Source: a virus. Taken from it: a stretch of DNA of 64,000 nucleotides. The stretch's first letter is position 1; each line of letters begins with the position of its first letter. Below the pieces are notes generated by a model that saw only the letters and a program-made list of their open reading frames with translations, searched no databases and had not been told where the DNA came from. The DNA is taken from positions 1-64,000 of IMG/VR virus record IMGVR_UViG_3300043449_000987, one strand, 5' to 3'. Shown in pieces: positions 9,046-17,374 of this stretch. Made by a program: the position numbers and the translations under genes.

Positions 9046-9072
9046 ATCCTGAGCACGATCCAAAAAGGCTCA
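9046..9072 (+). ncRNA. H-type pseudoknot motif, copy 4
   Basis: ATC-CTGAGCAC-GAT-CCAAAAAG-GCTCA, followed by a CCC-TACG-GGG UNCG hairpin. Confidence 0.65.
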
Positions 9073-9085
9073 CCCTACGGGGTCC

Positions 9086-9115
9086 TTGACAAATGTCACT
9101 GGGCACCTGTACAAT
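9086..9115 (+). promoter_or_regulatory. Promoter TTGACA-18-TACAAT
   Basis: Consensus match upstream of 9148. Confidence 0.7.
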
Positions 9116-9147
9116 TAAATAAAACAAACTAACAGAAAGAGGCCCCC

Positions 9148-9555
9148 ATGGACCAAGTAATAAATGCAACACAGGAATTTTTAACAACACAGATTGCACA
9201 AAAGGATGAACGCATTCAGCAATTAGAAGAGCACATTCAAAAAGTAACACAGCGCTCATATGCAGATTCTGCAGATAAGAATCGTATGGTTGAAGCAATG
9301 CAAGAGTGGACCTTGGAGCAATTGGACGAGGGGTCTCTTACAGAATCGCAGGCTGAAGAGATTGCAGAAATCATGGGCTTTGAATTAACAAAAGAATTCG
9401 AAGTTGAAGCGACCGTCATGTATTCAATTACAGTCAATGCACGTAATGAAGAAGAAGCAATTAATGCAATTCATGATATCGATTTCGACACTGTCTCTTA
9501 TAACTCTGATAATATTTCTTGGTTATCAAGTTCTGTTGACAGAGTAGATATTTAG
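9148..9555 (+). CDS. Hypothetical acidic protein
   Basis: 135 aa; C-terminal V.A..EEEA motif shared with 12541. Confidence 0.7.
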   Translation: MDQVINATQEFLTTQIAQKDERIQQLEEHIQKVTQRSYADSADKNRMVEAMQEWTLEQLDEGSLTESQAEEIAEIMGFELTKEFEVEATVMYSITVNARNEEEAINAIHDIDFDTVSYNSDNISWLSSSVDRVDI

Positions 9556-9572
9556 TAGGGGGCTACTAATAC

Positions 9573-9599
9573 AGACCTGGGCATGTCTTTAAACGGCCC
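9573..9599 (+). ncRNA. H-type pseudoknot motif, copy 5
   Basis: AGAC-CTGGGCAT-GTCT-TTAAACG-GCCC (compensatory GG/CC). Confidence 0.7.
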
Positions 9600-9766
9600 C
9601 TCTTACATTCCCTCAAAAAAATCTCGGGGGGCGTGACCTAAATCACATGTGTTTAAGATCACCTTAAGAAAATGTCCGAATTGCCCCATGATTACGTACC
9701 CTATTTGACTTTGTCAGACCCAACTGCTAAAATTATATAAACAAACAACAAAAAGGAGAAAAACTC

Positions 9767-10783
9767 ATGGCACATGACCTAGAAGAACAAAACGGAAAGA
9801 CCTCATTTGCATCTTTTCGTGAGCCTGCATGGCATGGATTGGGTACCGTATTCACTGAAGAAAAAACAACTGCAGAAATGTTAGAGGCTGCAAACCTTAA
9901 CAACTGGAATGTTCGTTTAGAAGATATGGAAATCCCAACACATCTAACAAGCGACAAGGCATATCAATATGTTTTGCGTACTAACCCTACTGATAACTCT
10001 CAAACTGATGTTTTGGGTGTTGTTGGTGAGCGTTATGTTCCCCTACAAAATGAAGATTTATTTTCATTTGGTGACAATATCCTAGACGGCGGTGGTCGTT
10101 GGGAGACTGCTGGCTCAATTAAAGGTGGGCGTGTAGTATTTGGCTCTCTTGCTCTTGAGCGTGAGACTGTTCTAGACCCTAATGGTGTTGCAGATAAGGT
10201 AAAAACTTATTTGCTCATTAACACATCACATGATGGCTCAATCGCTATTCAAGCAAGCATAACACCTGTTCGTGTTGTGTGCGCTAATACTCTTAACCTT
10301 GCTCTTGGTAGCAAGAAAAAGAAGAATGGCATCAAGCAATCATTCAAAATTCGCCACACACAAACTGCTCAAGGTAAAGTGCAGATTGCTCGTGAGACTC
10401 TTGGTCTTGCTAATGCGTACATGGATGAATTCGATATCATGGCTAAGGCAATGATTGAAAAAACTGTTGATGCTAAAGCATTTAACGATATCATTCTTGC
10501 TGCATATCCAAAACCTGAAAAGGATGCTAAGGGTTCTCTCAAGAAGTGGGAAAACAAAATTGATATCATTAACGATATCTACACTGGCGAATTTAATGGT
10601 ATGATTGCTGGTAACGCATGGGGCGCATTTAACGCTCTTACTGAACGCCTTGATTGGTATCGCTCTGCTCGTGGTGGTAACAATGAAAGCATTCTTGCAT
10701 CTGCATCTGGTTTTGACCCTGCAATTAACGCAGAAAAAAATCGTTTGCTAAAAGTTGTACAAAATGTAATGCAACTCGCATAA
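9767..10783 (+). CDS. DUF932 / TIGR03299-like phage-plasmid protein
   Basis: PAWHGLG, LGVVG.RY.P.QN, ETAGS..GG, NTSHDGS, RVVCANT, IRHT motifs. Confidence 0.85.
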   Translation: MAHDLEEQNGKTSFASFREPAWHGLGTVFTEEKTTAEMLEAANLNNWNVRLEDMEIPTHLTSDKAYQYVLRTNPTDNSQTDVLGVVGERYVPLQNEDLFSFGDNILDGGGRWETAGSIKGGRVVFGSLALERETVLDPNGVADKVKTYLLINTSHDGSIAIQASITPVRVVCANTLNLALGSKKKKNGIKQSFKIRHTQTAQGKVQIARETLGLANAYMDEFDIMAKAMIEKTVDAKAFNDIILAAYPKPEKDAKGSLKKWENKIDIINDIYTGEFNGMIAGNAWGAFNALTERLDWYRSARGGNNESILASASGFDPAINAEKNRLLKVVQNVMQLA

Positions 10784-10787
10784 CAAA

Positions 10788-10816
10788 AAATCCTGAGCAT
10801 GATTTAAAACTGCTCA
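10788..10816 (+). ncRNA. H-type pseudoknot motif, copy 6
   Basis: AAATC-CTGAGCAT-GATTT-AAAAC-TGCTCA, ending 6 nt before tRNA-Asp. Confidence 0.75.
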
Positions 10817-10822
10817 CCATTT

Positions 10823-10896
10823 GGTCCGTTAGAATAGTTGGTTAGTTCGCTACCCTGTCACGGTAGAGGTCACGGGTTCAAGTCCCGTACGGATCG
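10823..10896 (+). tRNA. tRNA-Asp(GTC)
   Basis: Cloverleaf; anticodon arm CTACC-CTGTCAC-GGTAG; GGTTCAAGTCCC T-arm. Confidence 0.95.
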
Positions 10897-10974
10897 CAAA
10901 AAGGGGCCGAGTGAGATTTTCTCGGGTTTGTGATTAAGATCACATGACATTTTTCCCCAAACTACATTACGTAC

Positions 10975-11003
10975 TTGACATTATTTTCCTGGGGTTGTAA
11001 AAT
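10975..11003 (+). promoter_or_regulatory. Promoter TTGACA-17-TAAAAT
   Basis: Consensus match downstream of the perfect CRP box at 10929. Confidence 0.7.
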
Positions 11004-11321
11004 TAATACATGACCCAAAACTTCAAACCTTATACCGTACTTGAACTAGTTAATGAAATCTATGAGGATAACTATTCTCATTTGGAATTTGAGGAGAACA
11101 TGGGTGGAGACCCTTGTGACTGCCACATCTGCAACACCCTTAACACTATTGTAAAGTATTGGGGAGAATAATGCTAGGATATACACAAAGAGATTTAGCA
11201 GATATGACCTATGGTGTTGGTCAAGCAGATTTATTAATCAACGCTGATGAAAACCCTGCAATCCATAATTATCTAGTTATGGCAGAAGACTTCTTAAGAG
11301 GTTTATGGGCAGAGGGGTATT

Positions 11322-11603
11322 TTGACAATGTGGAATAAGTATACCTTTACATGTGATCCTGAAGAGTGTGATGCTCTTGTTGAGTTTACCGCCAGGGATG
11401 GCTTTGGCTTTCCTAATGGTATAGTTGAAATGACCTGTCCCTGCGGTAGGAAGTTAAATTATATTAGTTGTGAAGAAATCTCAGAGTCTGAGACTTTCCT
11501 GTGTTCCCGTTGTAATGAAACATTAGATAGAGAGTCAGAGCATTGTGACCACTACCTAACTGTCTGTAATTACTGTTGTAATTGTGGTTGCTCACAGATC
11601 TAA
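11322..11603 (+). CDS. Cys-rich zinc-finger protein
   Basis: Several CxxC/CxC motifs. Confidence 0.6.
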   Translation: MTMWNKYTFTCDPEECDALVEFTARDGFGFPNGIVEMTCPCGRKLNYISCEEISESETFLCSRCNETLDRESEHCDHYLTVCNYCCNCGCSQI

Positions 11604-11809
11604 TGTGATGCAACTCACACCGCCCCTACTTGATATTTAAAAGACAAAAAGATACAATTAATACATGGACCTAAATACATTCAAAGAATATATAAGACTA
11701 CACGCCATATCCCTTGAACAGGATTTGGAAAACGAGGACGGTGCTGATAGCATTGTTCCTTACCTTGAAGGCGCTATTGATGTATCCAAGCACTATTTGG
11801 AGGTACTCA

Positions 11810-12100
11810 ATGGATAGCATGACACTTGACCCATATCTAATGAAGCAAGTAGAAATGGGTATGGACGGAGCAGACATTCTGCATGGTCACCTTAAAACAC
11901 TTATGTATGAGGCTGAGCAAATTCTCAACGAGTGCATTAGAGTAGAAGAGGAAAATGACTACTCAGACGCAATGGAATCTATGGAGCGTACAGAAGCAAC
12001 AGGATATTTAGACGCCCTCTGCCATGTATATGCATTAACCTATGCTATTAGTTTTGCTAAGGAAGATATCAAAAATCGTAAGGAGGTCTTTGGTGAATAA
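11810..12100 (+). CDS. Hypothetical protein
   Basis: Start MDSMTL after GGAGG. Confidence 0.65.
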   Translation: MDSMTLDPYLMKQVEMGMDGADILHGHLKTLMYEAEQILNECIRVEEENDYSDAMESMERTEATGYLDALCHVYALTYAISFAKEDIKNRKEVFGE

Positions 12101-12548
12101 CTTTATTGAAATGGATTTTGATGAATGGTGTGAGACATATAAGCCAATCATAAACAATCTAGTTGAAAATGCCTCATTCCAAGATGAATCAGGTCAAGGC
12201 ATTATGTTTGAGACCTATGGGGATGAGGTAGACTTTGTAAAGGAGCAAGACCCTGCCTGTATTTGGACATACGGAGATGGTGATGATGGCGGTTCTTATA
12301 TCTGGAATGGCTGGCATTTTGTAAATAGACTAGGATACTTTATCACTGAGGTTCCGTGCCCTGCTGATACTACTATTCAGATTCAAGTTTCTGTACCTTG
12401 GTTCTATTGTGAAAACTGTGATGCTGAGTTTGAGGACCCTGATAATACTATTAGAGATGCTTTTGACGAACATGATTTGGAAAAATGTCCTAATTGTGCT
12501 ACACTTGAAGAGATGACCCTAGTAGGATTGGAGACCAAAAATGACTAA
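12093..12548 (+). CDS. Hypothetical protein with C-terminal zinc ribbon
   Basis: GTG start after AGGAGG; IWT..DGD, NRLGYFIT, CENC..CPNC. Confidence 0.65.
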   Translation: MNNFIEMDFDEWCETYKPIINNLVENASFQDESGQGIMFETYGDEVDFVKEQDPACIWTYGDGDDGGSYIWNGWHFVNRLGYFITEVPCPADTTIQIQVSVPWFYCENCDAEFEDPDNTIRDAFDEHDLEKCPNCATLEEMTLVGLETKND

Positions 12549-12723
12549 GTATGTAATTATAGCCAAACGAGAAACTATGTATGAGTTTCAAGTTGAGGCA
12601 GATAGTGAAAATGACGCTATCTCACAGGTAGAGCAAATTGAACTAACAGAGGACATAGAAAACTATGCCTATGATTGGTTCCCACTAGAAATTGAAGATG
12701 TTGAGGAAGAGGAAGAAGAATAA
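12541..12723 (+). CDS. Small acidic protein
   Basis: VEADSENDA motif and poly-Glu tail. Confidence 0.6.
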   Translation: MTKYVIIAKRETMYEFQVEADSENDAISQVEQIELTEDIENYAYDWFPLEIEDVEEEEEE

Positions 12724-13100
12724 TGGGAGCACGTATTAATTTTGTATTCAAGGATTCAGAGTCAGGCCCTAGTGTTGTTTTGTACAGCCATTGGGGCCAG
12801 ACTGAATGGCAGACTGACATTGCAGGCGCCCTGCAGCATGCCAAACCACGTTGGGGTGACTCATCGTATGGCACGAGGATGATGATTAGTTATCTTATTC
12901 AGAGTGACGTCCTTGGTGAAACTGGCTATGGTATTTATGCTATTGACAATGACTCATATGACCTAGGTGAGCAGACCGTCGTTATCGACTTTGTTAACAA
13001 GACTGTAACAGATAATGTGTCTGTAGCATGGGATAAATTTGTGGCAGCCTATGGTATGCCACTGATCAGCGAGGACACTGGGTCTCTCCTCGCTAACTAA
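12723..13100 (+). CDS. Phage hypothetical protein
   Basis: MGAR..LYSHWG..RWGDSSYGTR. Confidence 0.7.
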   Translation: MGARINFVFKDSESGPSVVLYSHWGQTEWQTDIAGALQHAKPRWGDSSYGTRMMISYLIQSDVLGETGYGIYAIDNDSYDLGEQTVVIDFVNKTVTDNVSVAWDKFVAAYGMPLISEDTGSLLAN

Positions 13101-13148
13101 AGAGAAGGGGCAGGTCAATTGGGTAGGCTTGCCCCTCTCTGCTTTTTC
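13101..13148 (+). terminator. Probable intrinsic terminator
   Basis: AGAGAAGGGGCAGG...CTTGCCCCTCTCT stem followed by a T-run. Confidence 0.5.
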
Positions 13149-13179
13149 TGATACAATGAACTAAGGACTGGAGAATAAA

Positions 13180-13389
13180 ATGAAATTTCGTATGACTGAT
13201 GAGGAAAAGGTTGCACTTAAATTGTCTGCACTTATTTCTGATTTGCGACTTGACATTGAAAAGGTTGGCGTGTATGTAGCAAGAGTTGGCGGTAATACAG
13301 TTAATCACAGACTAAATCTACTTACAGAAGTAGCACAACAAGAGCGAGAGGGCTATGACATCAGACAACACCAATACACCTTATTCTAA
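13180..13389 (+). CDS. Hypothetical protein
   Basis: GGAG RBS and TACAAT promoter. Confidence 0.6.
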   Translation: MKFRMTDEEKVALKLSALISDLRLDIEKVGVYVARVGGNTVNHRLNLLTEVAQQEREGYDIRQHQYTLF

Positions 13390-13645
13390 GAGAGTAGCAA
13401 TACTCTCAGAGTTTTGGTTAAACTATAGAGATGAAGATGGGTTTGAAGATTTTGTAGAATACAACGATATTGGTTTGCCACTATCTTTCATGATAGCAGA
13501 AGATATTGTTGCATCTACACCTGTTGCTGAGGCGTACATTAATGAATGTTGGGATTTGTTATGTGCAGCCTTAAAGATAGAATCTAAACAAAACTATGAT
13601 TCATTGGCTGATATGTTTTTAGATGCTGGAGTTCAGGAAGAGTAA
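13355..13645 (+). CDS. Hypothetical protein
   Basis: YNDIGLPL motif; in operon. Confidence 0.6.
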   Translation: MTSDNTNTPYSKRVAILSEFWLNYRDEDGFEDFVEYNDIGLPLSFMIAEDIVASTPVAEAYINECWDLLCAALKIESKQNYDSLADMFLDAGVQEE

Positions 13646-13746
13646 TTATCCTGGGCTACGGCCCGAGAGCCAAACAATTATACCAAACCTTATTACGAAA
13701 GTCAAGTAAATTTCCTGGAACTTTCAAACAATGGTATAATTCTTTT

Positions 13747-13929
13747 ATGGCCAGAGATCATTTTGCACAATATAAAAAACAAGATCCAAAAGACTATAAT
13801 ATGTTTTCAGATAATATGTGGAATGGTTTTGTATCTATTACTAAGGCTATTCCTATTATGGGAAGGTTTTTCTCTTTTACCCCCGACTACAGCAAGAATG
13901 ATAATACTATTACGAATGACGGGGAATAA
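13747..13929 (+). CDS. Hypothetical leaderless protein
   Basis: TGGTATAAT 6 nt upstream of the ATG. Confidence 0.5.
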   Translation: MARDHFAQYKKQDPKDYNMFSDNMWNGFVSITKAIPIMGRFFSFTPDYSKNDNTITNDGE

Positions 13930-14540
13930 TGCCAGACATTAAGATCTTCCCAAACTATGTATCAGAAGAAGATATCCAAACCTTAAAATCCTGGATAGAA
14001 GATAATTATCAAAATGAGGAATTGTTTAGACCTCAATTAGGTGCAGCACATGGATATGGATATGCATATAGATCTGTAGTTCCATTAGAAAAAGATGAAG
14101 AACTATATCCTTCAAACATCCTAGATATTATGTTTGGATATGGCAAGGGATTTTTGGAGGAAGTTAGAAAACACTTCAAACATGATGGTGAACTATATCT
14201 AGAAGGCTTCTCTTTTACTAGATTAGAAGAAGGAATTCAATTACGATTGCATGTTGACAAACATGGTATGAGTCCTACTAAGTATTCAGGTATGTTATAT
14301 TTGAATGATGACTTTGAAGATGGAGAAATAGTGTTTGTAGATGAACATACTCCTGTAACTGACTTTGATCTATACGTTGATGGCAATCCTGGTATTGTTC
14401 ATTCCCCCTCCCCTGGCGAAATGGTGATCTTCCGCTCCAGGCAGTGGCATGCCAGCCGAAAAGTTCGGGGGAATCCAAGATACGCCATAGTTATATGGGC
14501 TACTGATAGTAAGAGATTCGCCTTTAGATATACTCTTTGA
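13929..14540 (+). CDS. Prolyl-4-hydroxylase-like 2OG-Fe(II) oxygenase (family B)
   Basis: HVD, YLNDDFEDGE, H..R.V.G.PRY. Confidence 0.85.
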   Translation: MPDIKIFPNYVSEEDIQTLKSWIEDNYQNEELFRPQLGAAHGYGYAYRSVVPLEKDEELYPSNILDIMFGYGKGFLEEVRKHFKHDGELYLEGFSFTRLEEGIQLRLHVDKHGMSPTKYSGMLYLNDDFEDGEIVFVDEHTPVTDFDLYVDGNPGIVHSPSPGEMVIFRSRQWHASRKVRGNPRYAIVIWATDSKRFAFRYTL

Positions 14541-15173
14541 TTTTAAAACATTTTAAAACTTTTTCAAACAATTTTATTTATTTTTCTCTGATATTCGTAC
14601 AAATTCTGTCATTTTCAAACAAATTTATATTGGAAATATATATGTTTGGTAGTTGACAAACACTAATGTTTGGTATATAATGCATGGCCCATATGTTGGA
14701 TATGAAGGTTTGACAATTGTTTGGATATGTGGTATAAGGTTTGGGATTACGAAGGCGCTACGATAAAGATGCGCTATACTCCACTATCCTCCACTTCACT
14801 CCACTTCTAGACTATCTAAATAAATAAACAGTAAGATTTATATGTGGATAAACCTGTGGATAACTATCAAATCCAAGGTATTACAACACCTTAGCAAACA
14901 TAATTTTAAGGTGCTATAACCACTTAGTCTGTGGATAACTTATGTAGTATACTTAACCTATGTCAGAATATTCTATAAACAACATGGCTGTAGGAAAGAA
15001 TCCTTCATCATTTAAAAGAAGCCAAACCTATCTAGATAACTTTGACAAATTAGGCAATGATAAAAATAACATTAAGGTAATAAACAACTTTATCTCAGAC
15101 CAAGAGTGCGATGACATATTAAATCAAATAAAGGATATAGAACCTATCAACTCTGTGGATAACTTGTGGACTA
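14541..15173. other. Candidate replication origin (AT-rich tract, iteron-like repeats, DnaA boxes)
   Basis: TGTGGATAA at 14843, 14855, 14930 and 15154; CAAAC/GTTTG repeats; CTCCACT x3 at 10 bp period. Confidence 0.5.
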
Positions 15174-15550
15174 AGAAAAGGGTATTTCGATCTAGCCAAG
15201 TTCCATCAATACTCAAATATAGTTCAATAATTAAAGACAAGATAGAAGAACTATACTCAATAAATGTTGAACCAAATGGATCACCAACTGTAACTCAGTG
15301 GTTTGAGTCATGTAAAATGTCAACCCATGTAGATGATTTAGGGGTAGGTTCATTTCATATTGCATCTATCATATATCTTAACGATGACTACGTTGGTGGA
15401 CAAATATCTTTTCCAACTCACAATGTGTCTATAAAACCACAAAAGGCAGACCTATTGATATTTCCAGGAAACCTACACTATGCTCATGAGGTAGAAGAAG
15501 TTCTAAAAGGAAATAGATTTACGATACCTACTTGGTATAGTTTTGTATAA
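14960..15550 (+). CDS. P4H-like 2OG-Fe(II) oxygenase (family B)
   Basis: HVD, YLNDDYVGG, H.V..V..G.RF. Confidence 0.85.
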   Translation: MSEYSINNMAVGKNPSSFKRSQTYLDNFDKLGNDKNNIKVINNFISDQECDDILNQIKDIEPINSVDNLWTKKRVFRSSQVPSILKYSSIIKDKIEELYSINVEPNGSPTVTQWFESCKMSTHVDDLGVGSFHIASIIYLNDDYVGGQISFPTHNVSIKPQKADLLIFPGNLHYAHEVEEVLKGNRFTIPTWYSFV

Positions 15551-15637
15551 ATATGCTATACTCAGAAAATGAAGCGGTACCAACCAGAAGATTTCTATGC
15601 AGTTGGAGCAGCATTGGCTCTACTAGCCTTTGTTGGC

Positions 15638-15973
15638 CTAATGGCTATTTTTATCATTTACTGACTTAATTGCCTTATTGACCATACGTATCAAACCTCT
15701 CTTCGATACTTTCCTACTATCAAATGTCTCTGTGTATCCGTGTTGAGGCATATCCTCTTTAGACAGAAAAGATCCATGTTTATCTCTTAGTGTTTGTAGT
15801 ACTAGGGATTCTACGGCTTTTGCCTTATCCCGTTCGAAAAAGTGCCAATAGGATACAAGTAGCCAACCCTTCTGCCTATGGGCTGCAAACCTCTTACCTG
15901 ATATATCTGATATGCCTATTTTGACAGATTTGTACAATGGACTGTAGATTATGTACAAAATAGCCTCATTCAT
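15638..15973 (-). CDS. GIY-YIG/T5orf172-like protein
   Basis: LYIIY..VKIGIS..RF, GYTETF. Confidence 0.6.
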   Translation of the reverse strand: MNEAILYIIYSPLYKSVKIGISDISGKRFAAHRQKGWLLVSYWHFFERDKAKAVESLVLQTLRDKHGSFLSKEDMPQHGYTETFDSRKVSKRGLIRMVNKAIKSVNDKNSH

Positions 15974-16139
15974 GTATTTATTATATATGATATAATGCAA
16001 GTATGATTGAATCAAGAAACCCAGAAAAGTGTTATTACTGTGAATCAGAAGCAGAGTATAACCAATTAGTTGGCAAAGACCCAGATTGGTTTATGGGCGT
16101 TGTTTGTAAGAAACATCTTAAGATTGATTTTGTGTCCTA

Positions 16140-16649
16140 ATGAACCTTAATCTAATCGCTACCCCTGGCCCTGCCAAAACTATCCTGAATGCTAATATTG
16201 AACAACGCATTCAAATTAAGCATGTTCCTTTGAAGTTCAATAGTGAGACTGAGGATGTATCTATCATCTCTGTGATTGAAGATCCTATTACAGCCATCTC
16301 TCAAGTATCAGTTGATGGTTCAGACCTAGAATCATTAATAAAAGATTACGAAGCGACTTTAGAAAGTCTGGACAATGCCATTGCTATCTATAAGTCTAAA
16401 GATGTAGTTGAGGATTTAGAAAAGGTTATTGCCCATCTATTTCAAACATTGGCTTTAGATGATGATAACTATAGAACAAAGACTGGTGAGCCATCTCTAT
16501 GGGAAACTACTCTAAAGATTAAGGCACAGTATGAGGAGTTTGCCAAGTCTTCCAATATCGACTCAAACAAGGAAAAGTTAAGAGAAGTTAATCTAGAAAA
16601 GGCTTGGGAACTATACAATAAGGCGTTAGAGAAGGCTGTTAACCTATAG
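16140..16649 (+). CDS. Hypothetical protein, possibly a degenerate sulfotransferase fold
   Basis: N-terminal IATPGPAKT and SVIEDPITAIS resemble 23571 (SFPRTG..IIRDPKDTI). Confidence 0.4.
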   Translation: MNLNLIATPGPAKTILNANIEQRIQIKHVPLKFNSETEDVSIISVIEDPITAISQVSVDGSDLESLIKDYEATLESLDNAIAIYKSKDVVEDLEKVIAHLFQTLALDDDNYRTKTGEPSLWETTLKIKAQYEEFAKSSNIDSNKEKLREVNLEKAWELYNKALEKAVNL

Positions 16650-16702
16650 TGCTACGGTAGTAGCATATGTTGGTTTATTACCCCTCTATTTTCCGCCGAA
16701 CT

Positions 16703-17341
16703 TTAAAACTCAATTTTTCTTATATAAAGATCAGCGTACATTCTCTCATCCAACGCAAAGCCAATTACTTCCCAATCTTTATTGGCATGTAAGAACTTAT
16801 TCGCTGCCTCAACAACCCCGTATCGCTCCCCATGCTCGTCGGAAAAGACATAATCGTTAAAAGCAATTATGCCACTTGGCTTAAGCAATTTAACTGATGA
16901 ATCTAAATCATCGCAGACGTCGACAAACTTATGGCTTGCATCCAAATAGATCATATCAAATTTTCCTGGCATTTCTTCGGACAACTCTAAAAGATATTTT
17001 TGACTATTTGCCTTAACAACTTTTACTTCTGGATTATTTCTAAACCTATTAATCACATAGTCGTAGTTTTCACCTTCAACATATCTTCTTGGTTGTCCAG
17101 GTCGTGCAAGCATTGGATCTCCTTGGTCATAAACATCAACTAAGTATAAGTTATTTGGGTGTATGCTATTAATCATATGTGATGAAAAATCTCCAGATGC
17201 TACCCCAACCTCAATAATGTTTAAGTGGTTTGGCAGTGTCTTAATCCATTCCCAACGATTTGTATATATCTTAGCATTAATTAATTGATCTGGAGATATT
17301 GTCAAATTTTCTATATTAACATCTCTATAACTATTAAACAT
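16703..17341 (-). CDS. Class I SAM methyltransferase (Methyltransf_24-like)
   Basis: IEVGVASGDFS, FDMIYLDASH, GIIAFNDY. Confidence 0.85.
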   Translation of the reverse strand: MFNSYRDVNIENLTISPDQLINAKIYTNRWEWIKTLPNHLNIIEVGVASGDFSSHMINSIHPNNLYLVDVYDQGDPMLARPGQPRRYVEGENYDYVINRFRNNPEVKVVKANSQKYLLELSEEMPGKFDMIYLDASHKFVDVCDDLDSSVKLLKPSGIIAFNDYVFSDEHGERYGVVEAANKFLHANKDWEVIGFALDERMYADLYIRKIEF

Positions 17342-17374
17342 CCTTTTAGTATAGCATATGGTATGATTGTTGAT

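Larger units (their letters stand above)
3436..11619. promoter_or_regulatory. Array of 13 CRP/GlxR-type boxes TGTGA-N6-TCACA
   Basis: Perfect at 3436, 3611, 4802, 10929, 11604; near-perfect at 3557, 3837, 3869, 4581, 5670, 7854, 9632, 9648. Confidence 0.8.

Noticed and set aside
5582-10816. Pseudoknot copies as a CRISPR array or a preQ1 riboswitch
   Set aside because: Irregular spacing with genes between copies; they sit 3' of genes, lack the preQ1-I loop consensus, and no que genes are nearby
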